DNA of 64,000 nucleotides from Vicugna vicugna. Its lineage: Eukaryota. The notes under the pieces are model-generated. The model ran no database searches. It had not been told where the DNA came from and worked only from the letters and a program-made list of their open reading frames with translations. The stretch covers positions 2,554,419 to 2,618,418 of the forward strand of contig MU058198.1 in NCBI GenBank assembly GCA_013265495.1. The letters are read 5' to 3'. Below, in pieces: positions 50,259 to 64,000 of the stretch. Numbering within the stretch: position 1 is the stretch's first letter; the number at the start of each line of letters is the position of its first letter. Made by a program: the position numbers and the translations under genes.

Positions 50259-50358
50259 AGGAGGTTTGCTACTTGCCCAAAGAAGCCAGAACATCCCAGG
50301 GGAGAACAGACATATAAGGAACACCCCTGTGATAAGCCCGTGGGCATGCATACCCTGA

Positions 50359-50733
<375 letters not shown>

Positions 50734-51549
50734 TGACCATTGGTTCTAGAGATTGCCATTCCGGGACCTGAATGAGGGGAGTCTGCTCTGGAGGGCTGGA
50801 ATGAGCACAGTACACAGAGTCGGGGTTCTAGACGCATCTCTGGCAGTGATTGCTTATGTGGCTTTGGGCAAGTCACTTCCCCTCCCCAGGCCTCAGGCTC
50901 CTCAGCTGTAAGATGGGTGCAGTAGCACTTCCTTCATAGAATTATTGGGGACATGAAATAGGTCATCTATTGTTTAGTGACAGGGCCCGAAGGGCAGGCT
51001 GCCTTGGCATTAGCTGGCAGTCTCTTTATCTCGAAAAAGTGGATGTTATTAGTTCTTACCTCTTATAGTCACTTTGAAGGTGAATGGATTGAGGCCTGGG
51101 AACCCTTAGAACAGTGCCTGGCACATAGCAAGCATCCAATAAATGTTAGCTATCTGTGTCATTTTGAGAAAGAGCTTTGAAGGCTTTCAAGTGCCATACA
51201 AACTTTGAAGTGCTGTTTCTATCACTGCTGTACTAGTATTATAATGGCCACTGAACTCTGGGGTATCCTCAGAGCAACAACAGTGAGACCACAGCCTCAG
51301 TGACTGAGCGATCACGATGCACCAAATCTTCCATCCCCCCTCCCCGCCTGCTGCCTTGGGGTCTCCCAGACTTCAGAGGCCGATGTCCCTGGGGTACAGT
51401 CTGGCCCTGCACTGTCTGTATGAATCCGTGGCAGGGTAGGTGATTCAGATCCTGGAACTTTTACAAGATTTGGGGTCAGGAAGTGTTTTAAGGGATCACG
51501 ATCTTGAGCCCTGCGGGATCCTTCCGTCAGCTCCGTATATTGGTTTCAG

Positions 51550-51740
51550 AACCACTCCGTTGCTGACGAATACACTGTGGACATCCTGGGGAACTTGCTC
51601 TGTCACCTGCCGGCCGCCGTCATCCACCGTGGGGTGTCCCCCAGGGCCTGGGCCACCGCCCTGCATGGCCTCAGAGACTGCCCAGACCTCAGTCCCAAGC
51701 AGAAGGCCGCGGTGAGGATCAGGCTCCTGGAAGAGCACGG
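51550..51740 (+). CDS. OTOA: OTOA coding exon 19 [23 protein letters not shown]...RLLEEHG
   Basis: tttcag|AAC ... CGG|gtgagg; 191 nt. Confidence 0.95.
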
Positions 51741-53348
51741 GTGAGGTGGCCGGGGCTCGGCTCCGCGCGCTGGGTGGGCGGGTGTGCTGGCGAGGAGACC
51801 CAGCCCTGGCCCTCCTGCCTCAAAGCAGACAGTGTCTCCCACTTACGATGAAGTTAGACACTTCCGTTTATTCTGGAAACGTGACCTTTCTTCTTTTGGC
51901 CTCAAATTCCCCGTCAAATGAGAACAGCCGCTGCTCTGCAGGCCTCACGCGGTTGTGACCAGTACATCTTGGCATGTGGAAAGGGAAAGAGGCGTGAAAA
52001 AATGGTGCTTTGCAAATGCAAGGAGATACTATTTTTTGTTGTGAAACAGCACCGCCAATAATAATAATGCAAATAATCGCGGCACTGTCAGCTCTGGGCG
52101 AGTGAGAGCTCTCTGGGGGGAAAACAGAGCTGTTCTTTCCCGTGCAGAGTTTTCTAGAGTTAAGTCAGATATTTGAATAGGGTTTAGCCATCAGTCAACA
52201 GTTAGCCAACAAACGATTTGGGGGTAATTAATGTCCCAGGCACTTTCTATCACACAGAGTTGAAGAGCTGGGACTTGGGAGCCTGACTCTTTGGGTTAAA
52301 ATTTTGTTTCTATCATCTGCTGTCTGTGTGATCTGGAAAAGCTACTCAGTCTTTTGCTCTTAACATTTGCATGTGTAGGAAGGGGGCAGTGACAGCCGGT
52401 AGGGCTGTTGTGAAGATCAGCTGAATTCATGCAGGCAGAGGACTTACAACAGTGCCCGGGACAGAAGTTCTGAGTACGTGACAACTGCTTTACGACCAGG
52501 AGGGAAGATGCAGTGGCTGTTGTTAAGTGTGACTCCTGCCCTCACAGAATTTAGAGTCTAGTGGGATAAACTGTTAATCAAAGAGATAAAGGGAGGCTTT
52601 TTGGCCAGGAGTGACTTGCCTTGGTCCTAGGAGAAGGGTTATCACTGCTAATTGGGCAGACCTCCTCTAGAGCTGTCACCAAACATAGTGTGACCACTTC
52701 CCAGTAGACACTTATGGTCCCTATGAAAACAACAGTGGATGCAGGGTGAGTGCTTTTATTATCCTGCCAAGTTCAAGAGGAAATTTCATCTTGCCGTAAG
52801 AGAAGACTGTTACAGTAATTCAAAAGGAACAAATACATCATCACCATTCTGTTGAGAAAAGGGAAGAAGGAAACACTCTGATGCAAATGACAGAAATTCA
52901 ATAGTTCAATTCACACTAAAAAATGGGAGTTTACTGAGGTTAGAAATGGAACGTAATGGAAAATCCTGGTTCAGACTTCAGGCATGGCTAGATCCAGGTG
53001 CTCAAATGATGCTATCAGGAATATGTTCCTCCCATCCCTCAGCTCTGTGTTCTTGGGTGTGGCCTTTCGTTTTCTCCATTTGGTGATAGGAATGGCCTCC
53101 AATATCCTTTTTACTGCGAGAGATACCAGAAGAAAGAGAGAGCTTCTCTAGTCGGTCCATCAGAGTTCCCAGAGATGACTCTGGTTGGTCAGCCTGCATC
53201 ACAGGCCTATTTGCTTGGTTTGGGAAGTGGGACCATGTGATTGGCAGCTACTACAGGTAGAAATATAGTCTTTTCGAAAAGAAAAAGAAGCTGGGGGACA
53301 AAGGCAACAGCACTGTGTTTCAGTTTACTGCTTGCTATCTCTTCTTAG

Positions 53349-53442
53349 GCTCCCCCAGAACTGGACAGCCGAGACTACAAAAGACTTGGGATCCTTCCTG
53401 GCACTTTTCTCAGCAGATGAATTAAGCTCTGTTGTCACCAAG
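53349..53442 (+). CDS. OTOA: OTOA coding exon 20 [31 protein letters not shown]
   Basis: tcttag|G ... AAG|gtacct; 94 nt. Confidence 0.94.
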
Positions 53443-54691
53443 GTACCTCTGTGTTCCGTCTTTAGAATACTGAGGGAGTTTGGAGGGGAGAGAAGGTGTG
53501 GTTAGTGATATCCCCTTGGGTTTGCTGCCAGTTTGTTTTTCTGGAAACTTCCTCCCTATCTCAAAGAGCTCAGATGTTTCCAGGTCCGCTCCAAGATGTC
53601 CAAGGTTCAGGAAAAGGAAGTAAGGCAGAAGCTTAAAGTACTCTGGGCCTTTCCAGGCAGCTGTGCACAGCCTGGGAGCCGTCATTTAGCTGCCGCTCTG
53701 CTGTGTGCTTCCCACATGCGTGCCCGTTCGAGGGGTCCCACCCACCAGCACCACTGCGCGTGGCCATGTGATCACATGGGCAAACGTATTCAATCCAAAA
53801 CCAGATCTTTACTGAGCATTGCCTTTAGGTCTAACATTCTACTTGGAGTAACTGTTCAAGAGTTAGACAAGGCCAAGGGGCACGCCAACTGAGCACGGGC
53901 TAGTCATCTTCTGCTGTGTGACAAAGCCACACGATCTCCCTGGCATGCAGCAGAAAGCACTTATTTTTTGCTGACTGGTCTCTGGGTCACTGGGACACCT
54001 CTGTTTCCTGAGTCTGCCTCTGGGGCCCAAGCTACCTGGAGCTTGTTCTTCTTACCATTAAAGTCTGAAACTCCATAAGAGGGAGCACAAAGGGCAGCCC
54101 TCCTTAAGACCTGGGCTGGAGAATGGCCAGCTGTCACTTTCTAGTGGCCAAAGCAAGTCACATGACGAAGCCCATCTCAGTGGGGCAGGGGTCTCCTTCA
54201 TGCAGGCAGAGGGTCAGGTAGGAGGTGGTGATGTTTGCTGAACAAGAGTCAGGTTGACCGCAAAGCACATCCACACACGCTCACCCCTGTACTCACACAT
54301 GCAAGGACAGAGGCCAAGGGTGAGGGAAGGGGCTGTCAATTATATTTGTGATGCTTTATTTCGTAAGCTGGGTGGTGGGCACATGGGTGTTTTGTTGTGT
54401 TATTCTCTCAACTTGTTGTTTTAATGACTGAAATGTTCAATAGACCAAGTAATACATGCTCCTGGTTAGAAAAATCCCAATTATACCAAAGACCGTAGGA
54501 GGAAGAGAAGTGTCCACCCACGCCACTAGGTCCTGAGATCCCCTAGGTCTCTCCTCAGGGGCGGTTGCTGTTCCCAGATTCTTCTGCATCCTTTCTGAAA
54601 AACCTTCCTCCTGCTTTACGTGTTCTCCCTTTAAAAATACAAAATGGAAAGTACTCTTCTGTGCAGTTTGCTCTTTAAGTTAACTATTGCT

Positions 54692-54821
54692 GGTGGGGTA
54701 TGGCTTAAGTAGTAGAGCACATTCTTAGCGCGCACGAGGTCCTGGGCTCAATCCCCAGTACCTCCATTAAAAAATTAAATAAATGAACTTAATTACTCCC
54801 CTCACCAAAACAAACAAAAAA
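54692..54821 (+). mobile_element. vic-1-like SINE
   Basis: tRNA-like head, A-rich tail, flanking aagttaact repeat (54677 / 54822). Confidence 0.82.
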
Positions 54822-55319
54822 AAGTTAACTTTTTATCTGAGAGCAGTTGCTTGTGACCTTAGCTGCACATGAGAATCACTGGGGAGATTCTAAAATGGAC
54901 GGATACACGGCCCCCACCCAAGACCAACTGGTCTCAGGATTTCTAGAACGAGGCCTGGGTATCTGTGGATTTCCTGGGTGCTTCTCACCTGCAGCCAGGC
55001 CTGGAAATGACTGGTTTCAACTGTGACTCTGATTCTGAAGATTAGAAGTATATATCCTGGGTGACTCTGGGGACATGCTCTTTGGGCAACTGGGACACAG
55101 TGACCCATAGTTGTAGGGGAGACTTTGATGAATTCTCTGGACTCATGGACAGATCTACCTTAAATATCCTGAGTCTTGACAAAGTGTATCAGTTCTGGAT
55201 GAGAGATGGCACCTTCTCCAGGGCCACCAGAAGCCACCACATTGTTGGAACCCAGAGATAACTCTCTCCTCCTCCTTTTTATAATACATATAAATTAAAT
55301 AAAAATTTAAAAGCAATAT

Positions 55320-55455
55320 GGAGGGATAGGGTATAGCTCAGTGGTAGAGTGTGTGCTTAGCATGCACGAGGTCCTGGGTTCAGTCCCTGGTACCTCCATT
55401 AAATGAATAAATACATAAATACATAAATAAACTTAATTATCTCCTTCCACCACCA
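55320..55455 (+). mobile_element. vic-1-like SINE
   Basis: agggtatagctcagtggtagagtgtgtgcttagcatgcacgaggtcctgggttcagtccc; TSD aaaaatttaaaa(g/a)ca(a/c)tat on both sides. Confidence 0.88.
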
Positions 55456-55777
55456 AAAAATTTAAAAACACTATCAAACCAGAAAGGGGTAGGCACACCT
55501 ACAATTACAATAGATATTACCAGATTGCCCTGGAAATGATGCACCATCTAACTAACATTCCCACAGAGAAACAAGTATGCCTGTCTGCTACATCTTGGCC
55601 AGCATTAGGTGTTATTATTTTATTTTATTTTTGACAGTCTGGTGGGTGAAAAATAATATGTTTTTATGTTACTGAAGATATATTGGATTGTTATTGAGGT
55701 TGGGTATCATTTTATATGATTCTTTGTAGTGGCTAGGTTAGTTGGGCTGGGGATTAAATTTATATGAGAAGCTGCTA

Positions 55778-55926
55778 CAGGCATACCTCGGAGATATTGT
55801 GGGTTGAGTTCCAGACCATTGCAATAAAGCGACTATTACAATAAAGCAATCACATGAATCTTTCTGGTCTCTCAGTGTGTATAAAAGTTATATTTACACT
55901 ATACTATATAGTCTGTTAAGTGTGTA
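55778..55926 (+). mobile_element. Tigger1 5' terminal fragment
   Basis: ta|caggcatacctcggagatattgtgggttgagttccagaccattgcaataaagcga matches the recalled Tigger1 terminus. Confidence 0.8.
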
Positions 55927-55971
55927 TTAATGATTGTTCATTCCTCCTCTTTTGCCTTCTTTGCCCTGCAG

Positions 55972-56101
55972 TTCCCTGACATCCTTCAACAAATAGCTTC
56001 CAAGATGGCTGGGACCTTGCCCCCCAAAGAGTTCCTCTGGGCTGTCTTTGAATCTGTTCAGAACAGGAGTGGGGAGAGCCCCAGCTCTGACCCCAGCCCT
56101 G
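55972..56101 (+). CDS. OTOA: OTOA coding exon 21 FPDILQQIASKMAGTLPPKEFLWAVF...SDPSP
   Basis: ctgcag|TTC ... CTG|gtgagt; 130 nt. Confidence 0.95.
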
Positions 56102-57841
56102 GTGAGTGTTTTGGGGGTATCTGGTCCCCTGACCTGGGCAGGGCTTTGGCCGAGTCCCTGGTATCAAGAGGACACTGGATGTAGTGTTTGCAAAGCAACA
56201 GAATGGCAAAAATCCACAGGCCGTAGAGTTACATCTTTGTAAAGTGATTTGGAATCGCAAAATGCACTCCTTACCCAGGCCAAGAGGTTAAATGGGTGAA
56301 TATGTACAATAGACATTTCAAAGCGATTGATTTAAGGGCCAAAATGGCTAAGTGTCTATGAATGGTGGTGTGGGGGCCAGGCTGGTCGGATATGAGTCCT
56401 GGGGTTACTGCTGGCGGACTGTGTGACTTTGGGTAAGCTCTTTAACCTCTCTGTGCCTTAGTTTTCATCCTCTGTAAAATGGGATAATGAAAGTCCCTAC
56501 CTCACTAGATTATTGTGAAGATTAGTGGGTTTAAACCTATAAGCGTGTCCCCAGCAGTGCCTGGCATGCAGGAACTTCTCAGCAAGCATTAGCTATTATT
56601 GCAGTGATAGATGTGTACTTACTAAGTGCGGACTTGTGCCAGACAGGAGACAAAGTTAAGCAGACCCCAGAATAATTGTAGTCATAGGAGTTGACAGTCT
56701 GTGCGTACTTTCTTTCTTGCAACAAACAATTTCTGAGCACTGACTACGTGAGCCAAACGAAAATCCCTGCCCTCAAGGAGCTTTCTTTCAGATGGGGTGA
56801 AGGGTAGCTAGACAATAAATTACAGACATAAGTGGGGTCCAGTTTTGCCTCTTGATTGGAGTCCAGTGAATTTGCATTGAAGGTGCAGTGAGAGGGGCGT
56901 GGCCACAGGGTTTGGGAAATGCCCCACCCAGGTGTTGGCTGGCGAGTCTGTCAGCATCAGGGCTCATCAGCTGCTACACAAGAAATCCAGGATTGCTCTT
57001 AAGACAAAAAGCCTTGGGTTTTCTCTCAGGTTGGGCACATCTGGGCTGGCAAAGACAATATTTCGAGTGTGAGTTGGTCAGTAAGTTGTTTGACTAGTAA
57101 CTAGGTTCAGCTTATTCAGGACTGAAATGGATGGGTCTCTCCCGTTGCCAAGGAAGGTGTAACCCATTTCTCCTCTTTCCTAGATGGGAAGACCACAGCA
57201 TCCCCAAGATTTTCTTGGGAGGCAAATCACCTTCCTTTTAGATGGAAGTGACCTTTCCTCATAATTCAGGAAGCCTTAACTCTGGGTTGTAAACTCAAAT
57301 GCATGGGGTGGCGGCGGCAGGTAGCATAAGTAATAAAAATGGCCAACGTGAATGTGAAGTAACATTCATAAATGAGTCCTTGCTGTATACCTGGCATTGT
57401 TCTAAGTGCTTTATATGTAACAATATATGTAGTCCTTATACAAATTCTAGGAGATAATTTTATCCTCATTCTATAGACTAGGAATTGAGGCACAGATGGG
57501 TTAAATGGCTTTGGACTTGAATCTAAAGCCAGAACAGAATTGTTCGCCACCAGCTCCTGCTGCCCTTAAGGCAATTTGGAGTCCAGTCATAATGTTGCAA
57601 AGCTCCTACTGTGTGCTTGTGGCTGTGCCAAAAGTTGGCATTTCCACGATTTTGTTGGCAAGAAATGGCAGAAGTGGGATTCATACTGGTCCCTGGGTCC
57701 CTGAGTCCCTAAACTCAGTTTCTACCCTACACTGCTTCCTGCGGATACATCCGACTGGAGAGGAATATTTCTCATTTCAATAAAGAAACAGACTAAACTG
57801 TCCTGAAATTCCCTGTCCCTTCCTTCGGCTCCATTCTTCAG

Positions 57842-58029
57842 GTTGCCATGGAGTCGCCGCTCCCTCTTCAGATGACATTATTAAGTTGGCTGAAGCCAAT
57901 GCCTGCTGGGCTCCCGAGAGCCTGCTCTGCCTGGAGGAGGATGTGTTCAGCAGGAACGTGGAGCTGCTGGGGGCCGTCAGGGGCTTCAGCCCCACTCAGC
58001 TGAGGACCCTGAAGGAGAAGGCGGTACAG
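57842..58029 (+). CDS. OTOA: OTOA coding exon 22 [23 protein letters not shown]...KEKAVQ
   Basis: cttcag|GT ... CAG|gtaagc; 188 nt. Confidence 0.95.
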
Positions 58030-59423
58030 GTAAGCCTGCCTCAGGGAGGAAGCACTCAACAGAGGGAAAACCCAACACACGGTCCCAGCCCTGCGGTGCG
58101 TGGACCCCCTCCCTACCGAGGACCTTCCCCCTGGGTCATCTTGTTGAAATCCTACACCATCAGTTCAGAGTTATAGTCATTATCTCCGCAACGGAGAAAT
58201 GTCTAGTTTCTGCCTCCCTTAGGGCTGTTTTGGCATCTAAGGGATGCTCAGCAGATCAGACTGTGGCTGTTCTGGTGCTTCTGACTGAGGTAGTTTCCAG
58301 GAGCTGGGCCTTTTCTTTCCCCACTCGGAGAACCCCACTACCGCGTGCAGGAGGTTTTCTCAGAATCTGTTGCAAATCCATCTGAAAACCTGACAGAAAA
58401 GGGACAGGGAGAACTGGAAGTAATTTGCCATCTTTACAAAGATCCCTTTGAGTGGCTAGTTTCAGCTGTTAGGATAGTTGTGGACTATGTAGTTACATTT
58501 GTGGAGTTTAGATATTAAATTCCTTAAAGTTAAAATTCTGATTTTATACGAGCAATCCAAGATTGTTGTAGGAGAGTCAAAAATAATAAAGAAGAAAATC
58601 GGTCATAATCTTTGACCCAGAGATACACCCTGTTAATATTTTGGTACGTTCACCCGAGGCTTCCCAGACTTCTGTATGTGTGTGTAAAATATATTTATAT
58701 ATTTCATATGTGTATTTCACATATACATGTTACAAAAATAGTGTCATATCCACTTACTATTCAATAACTTGCTGTCCACACCAACACTGTACAGTACATA
58801 TTTTTTCCATATCAGAAATATAAATCTGTACTGGTATTTTAAATAGCTATATAATATTTCATTTTATGGCTGGTCCTTATTTACTGAGCTAGTTGTAGAC
58901 TTTCAGATTGTTTATATTTGTTAAATGCCTCAAGGAACATATTTGTACATATTTCCTTGGGCACTTGTCTCATTATTTACTTAGGCTAAATGCCCAGAGA
59001 TGAAATTTCTGAGTCAAACAGTATAAATATTTTAAAAGCTTTTGATACATATAGTCAAATTTCCCTCTGAAAAGCGTGTACCAGTTTACATTCTTAGCAT
59101 CAACAAATGAGGGTATCCTTTACCCCTTATCTTTCCACTATCATTCTTTTTTACTCCTTGTCAATATGATCAGCCAGCTTAGTATTCTCTGATTGTTGTT
59201 AATGGACATTTCTTTAGTTATAACCAAGGCTGAACTTTCCTTGTATGTTTATTTCTTCTTTTGTGAATCTCCTGTTCATATCTTTTGTCTATTAAAAAAA
59301 AAGTAGTCATCTTTTTCTTATTGATTTTTAAGAGCACGTTATATATTAAAGAAACTTACCCTATGTCTGTTTTAAACACTGTTAGTAAGGGTCAGTCTAA
59401 TCTGACTTTTTCTTCACCTGAAG

Positions 59424-59579
59424 GTTTGGGACTTGCCTTCTTACTGGAAAGGGTACCATATTGTCTCCCTGGGGCACATTGCTCTGGCTCTTAATGAGAG
59501 TGAATTGGAGCAGCTGGATCTCAGCTCCATCGACACTGTGGCTTCCCTCAGCCAGCAGACAGGATGGACCCCAGGGCAG
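59424..59579 (+). CDS. OTOA: OTOA coding exon 23 [42 protein letters not shown]...WTPGQ
   Basis: ctgaag|GTT ... CAG|gtaatc; 156 nt. Confidence 0.95.
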
Positions 59580-60859
59580 GTAATCAGATGTTTCTGGATA
59601 TTTTAAATATAGTCTATTTCTGTCTCAATTTTGTATACATTTTCCTTTAGATCCTAAAATGTACTTACGCGATTTATAATAGCAGCTTTAAAAATCTTTG
59701 CTGCTAATTCCATCATCACTGTCTGAGTCTGTTTCTGTTAGCTAATTTTTCTCCTAGTTATGGGCCATATTTTCTTATTTGCAAGCTTAGTAATTTAGCC
59801 TGGCTGACGGGCATCGTGACTTTTACATCTTTGAGCGCTTGATTTAGTTGTACTCCCTCGAAGAGTGTTGGGCTTTGTTCTGGCATGCACTTAAATTACT
59901 TTCCAATCAATTTGATCCCTTTGAGACTGCCCTTTGAGCCTTATAAGGGTGAGTCTGGAGTGACCTTTATTCTGTAGTAACTTTATCCCCATTACTGAGT
60001 CATGATTCTCCTGAGGACTCTATTGAATGCATTGTGCTTTGCAAGACCTCTCCTCTCTGGCTGGTGGGAAGGTGACCTCTTTCCAGCTCCATGTGAGCTC
60101 TGGGGATTGTTCAGCCTATGCTTTCCGATGCCTTTTCTGATATTCATGTGGCATTCTGCTCCTTGCACGTGGAGATCAGTAGTCAGCCAGATCTGAGAAG
60201 ACCTCTCTGTAGATTTCTGGAACTCTCTTTGTCTCTGTGCAGTTTTTTCCTCTCCAGGAATTTGCCCCCCAAATTTGCCCCTGGCCTCTCTGAACCTGGA
60301 TCCTCTGTATCCCCAGGCCTGGACACTGGGCTTATTTAGGTGCCCTTCCCTCCTCCATGGCTTGGAAACTGCCTCTGGGCAGTGAATGTGGGTAATTTGG
60401 GGGCTCACCTTACTAGCTTTCCTTCTTCCAGGATTATAGTTCTGTGCTCCCGGTGGTCCAATATATTTTGTTCAGTTTGCTCATTGTTTATGGTGAGAGA
60501 GGGATTCTGGTGTCAGTTAAACTTTCATGGGATAAAGAAGAAGTTCTCTCCAGAATTTAATTGTTTCAATTGGGAGGTAAGTGAACCCACCATACTGTTA
60601 GCTGAAAATGACACCTGAGGGAAGGCTGCCCGAGAATGAAGTTAACACAGAGCAGCTAAGACTCCCCTTTCTAGCAACCCCAGAAAAGAGTGCCCCTTTC
60701 TCATTAATTTTTGAACCAGTCCCAGCATTGACTCCAATCATGAAAGTGCCCACTCCTAACTGTCTGGTCAGGGGTAGGATATGTGGGTTGGCCCCGCACG
60801 CATCAGGGAGCAGAGCCCGTCTCACCATGACCATGTGGACCGAGAACGGGGAGTGCGTG

Positions 60860-61722
60860 CGTGGTAGGCTACACAAAGCCCCCAAAGATGTCCACATCCT
60901 AATCCCTGGAACCTGTGAGTTTGTTACCTGATGTGGCAAAAGGGGCTTTGCAGATGCGATTAAGGTAAACATCTTGAGATGAGGAGAGATCCTCTTGACC
61001 CATTTTAGGACTGGCAGGTGCAATGTAATAACAAAGGTCCTTAGAAGGGGGAGGAGGAAAAATATCATATAATATCACTTATATGTGGAATCTAAAAAAA
61101 AGGACACAAATGAACTTATTTACAAAACAGAAACAGACTCACAAACGTAGAGAACAGACTTATGGTTACCAGGGGGCAAAGGGGGTGGGAAGGAATAAAT
61201 TGGGATTTCGAGACTTGCAAATACTAACTACTATATATAAAATAGATAAATAACAAGTTTATAACCCTATATTCAATCTCTTGTAGCAATCTATAATGAA
61301 AAAGAATATGAAAATGAATGTATGTATATGTATGACTGAAACACTATGCTGTACACCAGAAATTGACACATTGTAAATTGATTTACTTCAATAAAAAAGA
61401 ATGAAAAAAAGAAGAGGGAGGCAGGAGGGCCACAGATACGGAAGGCAACATTACCATGGGAGCAGAGGACACATAGAGAGATCTGAAGGTGCAGTGTTGC
61501 TGGTTTTGATGCAGGATGGGGCTCCGGTCAAGGAATGCAGGCAGTCTTTAGAAGCTAAAACAGGCAAGGAAATGAATTCTCTCTAGAGCCTCCAGAAGGA
61601 AGATATCTTCTTGACCCATTTTATGACTTCAGACATCCAAAACTGTAAGAGAATAAATCTGTATTGTTTTAAGCCACTCAGTTTGTGGAAATTTGTTACA
61701 GCAGCAAGAGGAAGTGAATACA
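60860..61722 (+). mobile_element. MLT1D-like MaLR solo LTR interrupted by an L1 3' end (~61059-61410)
   Basis: cccccaaagatgtccacatcctaatccctggaacctgtga ... tgttttaagccact...tttgttacagcagca...aataca; the L1 insert carries a poly-A tail and an agaag(g/a)gggagg flanking repeat. Confidence 0.85.
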
Positions 61723-62929
61723 GGTGGTTCACCAAAGGAAAAGCATGGTGTTATCAACTAAAGGGAGAATGGGTGCTGGGCAGGGAAAATCAAGTCATGT
61801 CCCCTACTCTCGTGAGCGTCTCGTAATCAGGATTGCTGTATTACATAACTCAGAGTGGCACCATTCAAGTAGAACAGGGTGTGAATTGTGCCCCCGTGGA
61901 GCTGGGCGACATGGAGGTCCTGGCCATAAGGATTAAATGACTTAATATATGTAAAACATTTTGAACAATGCCATACAGGCAATGCCCATAGAAACAATGG
62001 GATGTAGGAGTCAAAAATTAGTTGTTTTCATTGTTGTTGTCATCGCTGTCATCATATCACCATCCTCTCTCTGGCAGTTTAATACTTTCCTCATTTGCAA
62101 GATGAGAGGATTAGACGCCCCCCTCCCCCGCCCCAATCTACAGTTCTTTCCACCCTGACATTCTGTAATCCTGGGCTTCTGTGACTCTAAAGCTGGGTTT
62201 GACTGATTTGAGAAGTGCGACAGCACACTTCCAATATTCAAATCATTCTATTCTCAGTCTGGAAGAAAACAGAAAAATATATCCAACTTAGAAACTAGGG
62301 TATCTCTTTCCCTTTGTACCATTTTTAATTCCCATGGGTGGCAGTGAGATTTATCAACATGTTTGAAGAGGATATGAAAACCTAACATTTGCATGTATCA
62401 TTTGCAGTCAGTTCCTCAACTTCAGCTCCCAATCAAACCCTTAAATGCATGTTTCTAGATTAACAGTCAGACCTGGCGGAGCTACAATAACAGATAGTTC
62501 AGCTTAAAAACCAATATAAAGGAAAGAAAAAACTGTTATGGAAGCCAGAGGGATGAACAGAGAGATTGAAATCTTACAGCTATTCACTTTTCAGTGGTTA
62601 ATACTGCCTAAAAGTGTTGGTATTAATTGTCTTGAGATCATTACAGATACGCCGGTCCAGTCATTCGAGGAAATATATTTTGGCTTATCACCTTGCAGGC
62701 TGAGCTTGCATTTTTTTCCAGGTTCCAGTGGCAAGGACAATTTAATGTCGCATCTTCAAAGTCATTTTATTTGAATTGTAGTTTTGCGCTTTCATTTTAA
62801 AATGGGCATGCCTGATGGTGGGGGAGCACAGATTGCTATGAGTCAATGAGTGAAACCTGACTGTGAAAACTTAATAAGAAAAGTTCAAAAGCTAACTTGA
62901 GTCTCCATCTGCAAACATCTTCACCAGCT

Positions 62930-63165
62930 AAGAGTGGAAACTCTGGAGTCAGATTGCCTGGGTTTTAATCCTAGAACCATTATCCACTAGCTGTGTAACC
63001 TTGGCAGAGTTACTTACCCTCTCTGTGCCTCAGTTTCCTCATCTGTGACAAAGAGATAATATTAATATTTACTTCCTAGGGTTGTTGTGAGGATCAGATG
63101 AGACAGTATGTGTAAAATGGTCAACACAGTGTAGGCATACAGTAAGCATTCAATAAATATTATTA
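62930..63165. mobile_element. MIR SINE
   Basis: ctctggagtcagattgcctggg...ctctgtgcctcagtttcctcatctgt...gggttgttgtgaggat. Confidence 0.8.
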
Positions 63166-64000
63166 TTATATTAAAAATTATCGTATAATTATTTTGGATA
63201 CACATTCACATTCAGTCAAAGATGTTTAAATCTAAACATGTTGCTACTGAAATTCCCTTATAGTACCTGTGAGCTTTGTAATCATTGAGGGAAACTTCAT
63301 GAAGATACCGACCGGTCCGATGTGCAAGTTCCTCTGAAGCCAATCCATCATGCGATGGCGGTAATCTGATGTCATTTCAAAAGAGTACATATTGCCTACA
63401 ATGTCTATAGATCACTCAGTCAGCTGTTCATTCATTCATTCATTTTTTTTCAAAAAGTACTTCCTGAACCCATGGGCCAGGCATTGTGCCAGGTGCCCGG
63501 GATAGAGTAGTAAACTAACTGGGTATGGTCATTGTCTTCGGAGATTCTGCTTGGTGATACAGATGAAAAAGTGAGCAATCAAGGGGAAGAATGTAAAACA
63601 TTGTGATAAGCGATAAGCAGAAAATGGACAAGGTGCTCATGGAAATAATGGGGAGGGAGGTTACTTGAGATGGGGGGAAATCTAAGAAGTCTTCTCTGAA
63701 GAGGTAGCATTTAAACAGACCTGAGGGATAGAAAGGCAACAGCTGTGTGAAAAGTGGAATCCCAGTGCAACATTTCACAATCTTTGCCATCATTTTCATT
63801 CGACACTGGAGTGATCCATGCTGTGCCATGGGATGGGCTACGATGAAAGGGAGATGGGAAGAGTCATTGTATCCCTGTGATCCTCATTTCCACTCCGGAG
63901 CTGTTCATCCTTGGATGTCTCTCCCCCGTCTTTGCCTCATGAGCTCTTGTCCTTCTGTAATCTTCTGCATCTGACCCCCTCAGCACTGAGGGTCCAGACT

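Noticed and set aside
59600..64000. Further OTOA coding exons
   Set aside because: I found no match to the expected next peptide (AESILQGYLDDSG-like); the remaining exons presumably lie beyond the window

Overview
Mammalian genomic DNA, most likely camelid (inferred from about 10 copies of a tRNA-derived SINE that I recognise as the camelid vic-1 type). The window is the METTL9-IGSF6-OTOA locus. It opens inside the last intron of METTL9 (+), which contains the complete six-exon IGSF6 gene on the - strand (CDS 10338->2056). The METTL9 terminal exon follows (13038/13041-13243 plus 3'UTR), then a CpG island at about 20.4-20.9 kb (probable OTOA promoter and non-coding exon 1). After that come 23 consecutive in-frame OTOA (otoancorin) coding exons (25490-59579, 2775 nt, 925 codons); the gene continues past the window. 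The most notable observation is a single in-frame TAA at IGSF6 codon 70 (6809-6807), in the middle of the Ig V domain, in a gene whose other exons and splice sites are all intact. Secondary observations are a GC-AG intron in OTOA, a NAGNAG acceptor in METTL9, a tiny polyadenylated retrocopy nested in an L1/SINE stack, a dimeric SINE with one TSD, a palindromic 38-bp minisatellite and an old ~175-bp duplication around the first OTOA coding exons. I found no convincing evidence of a novel multi-gene system. Gene and repeat names come from my recall of the families, not from database searches.
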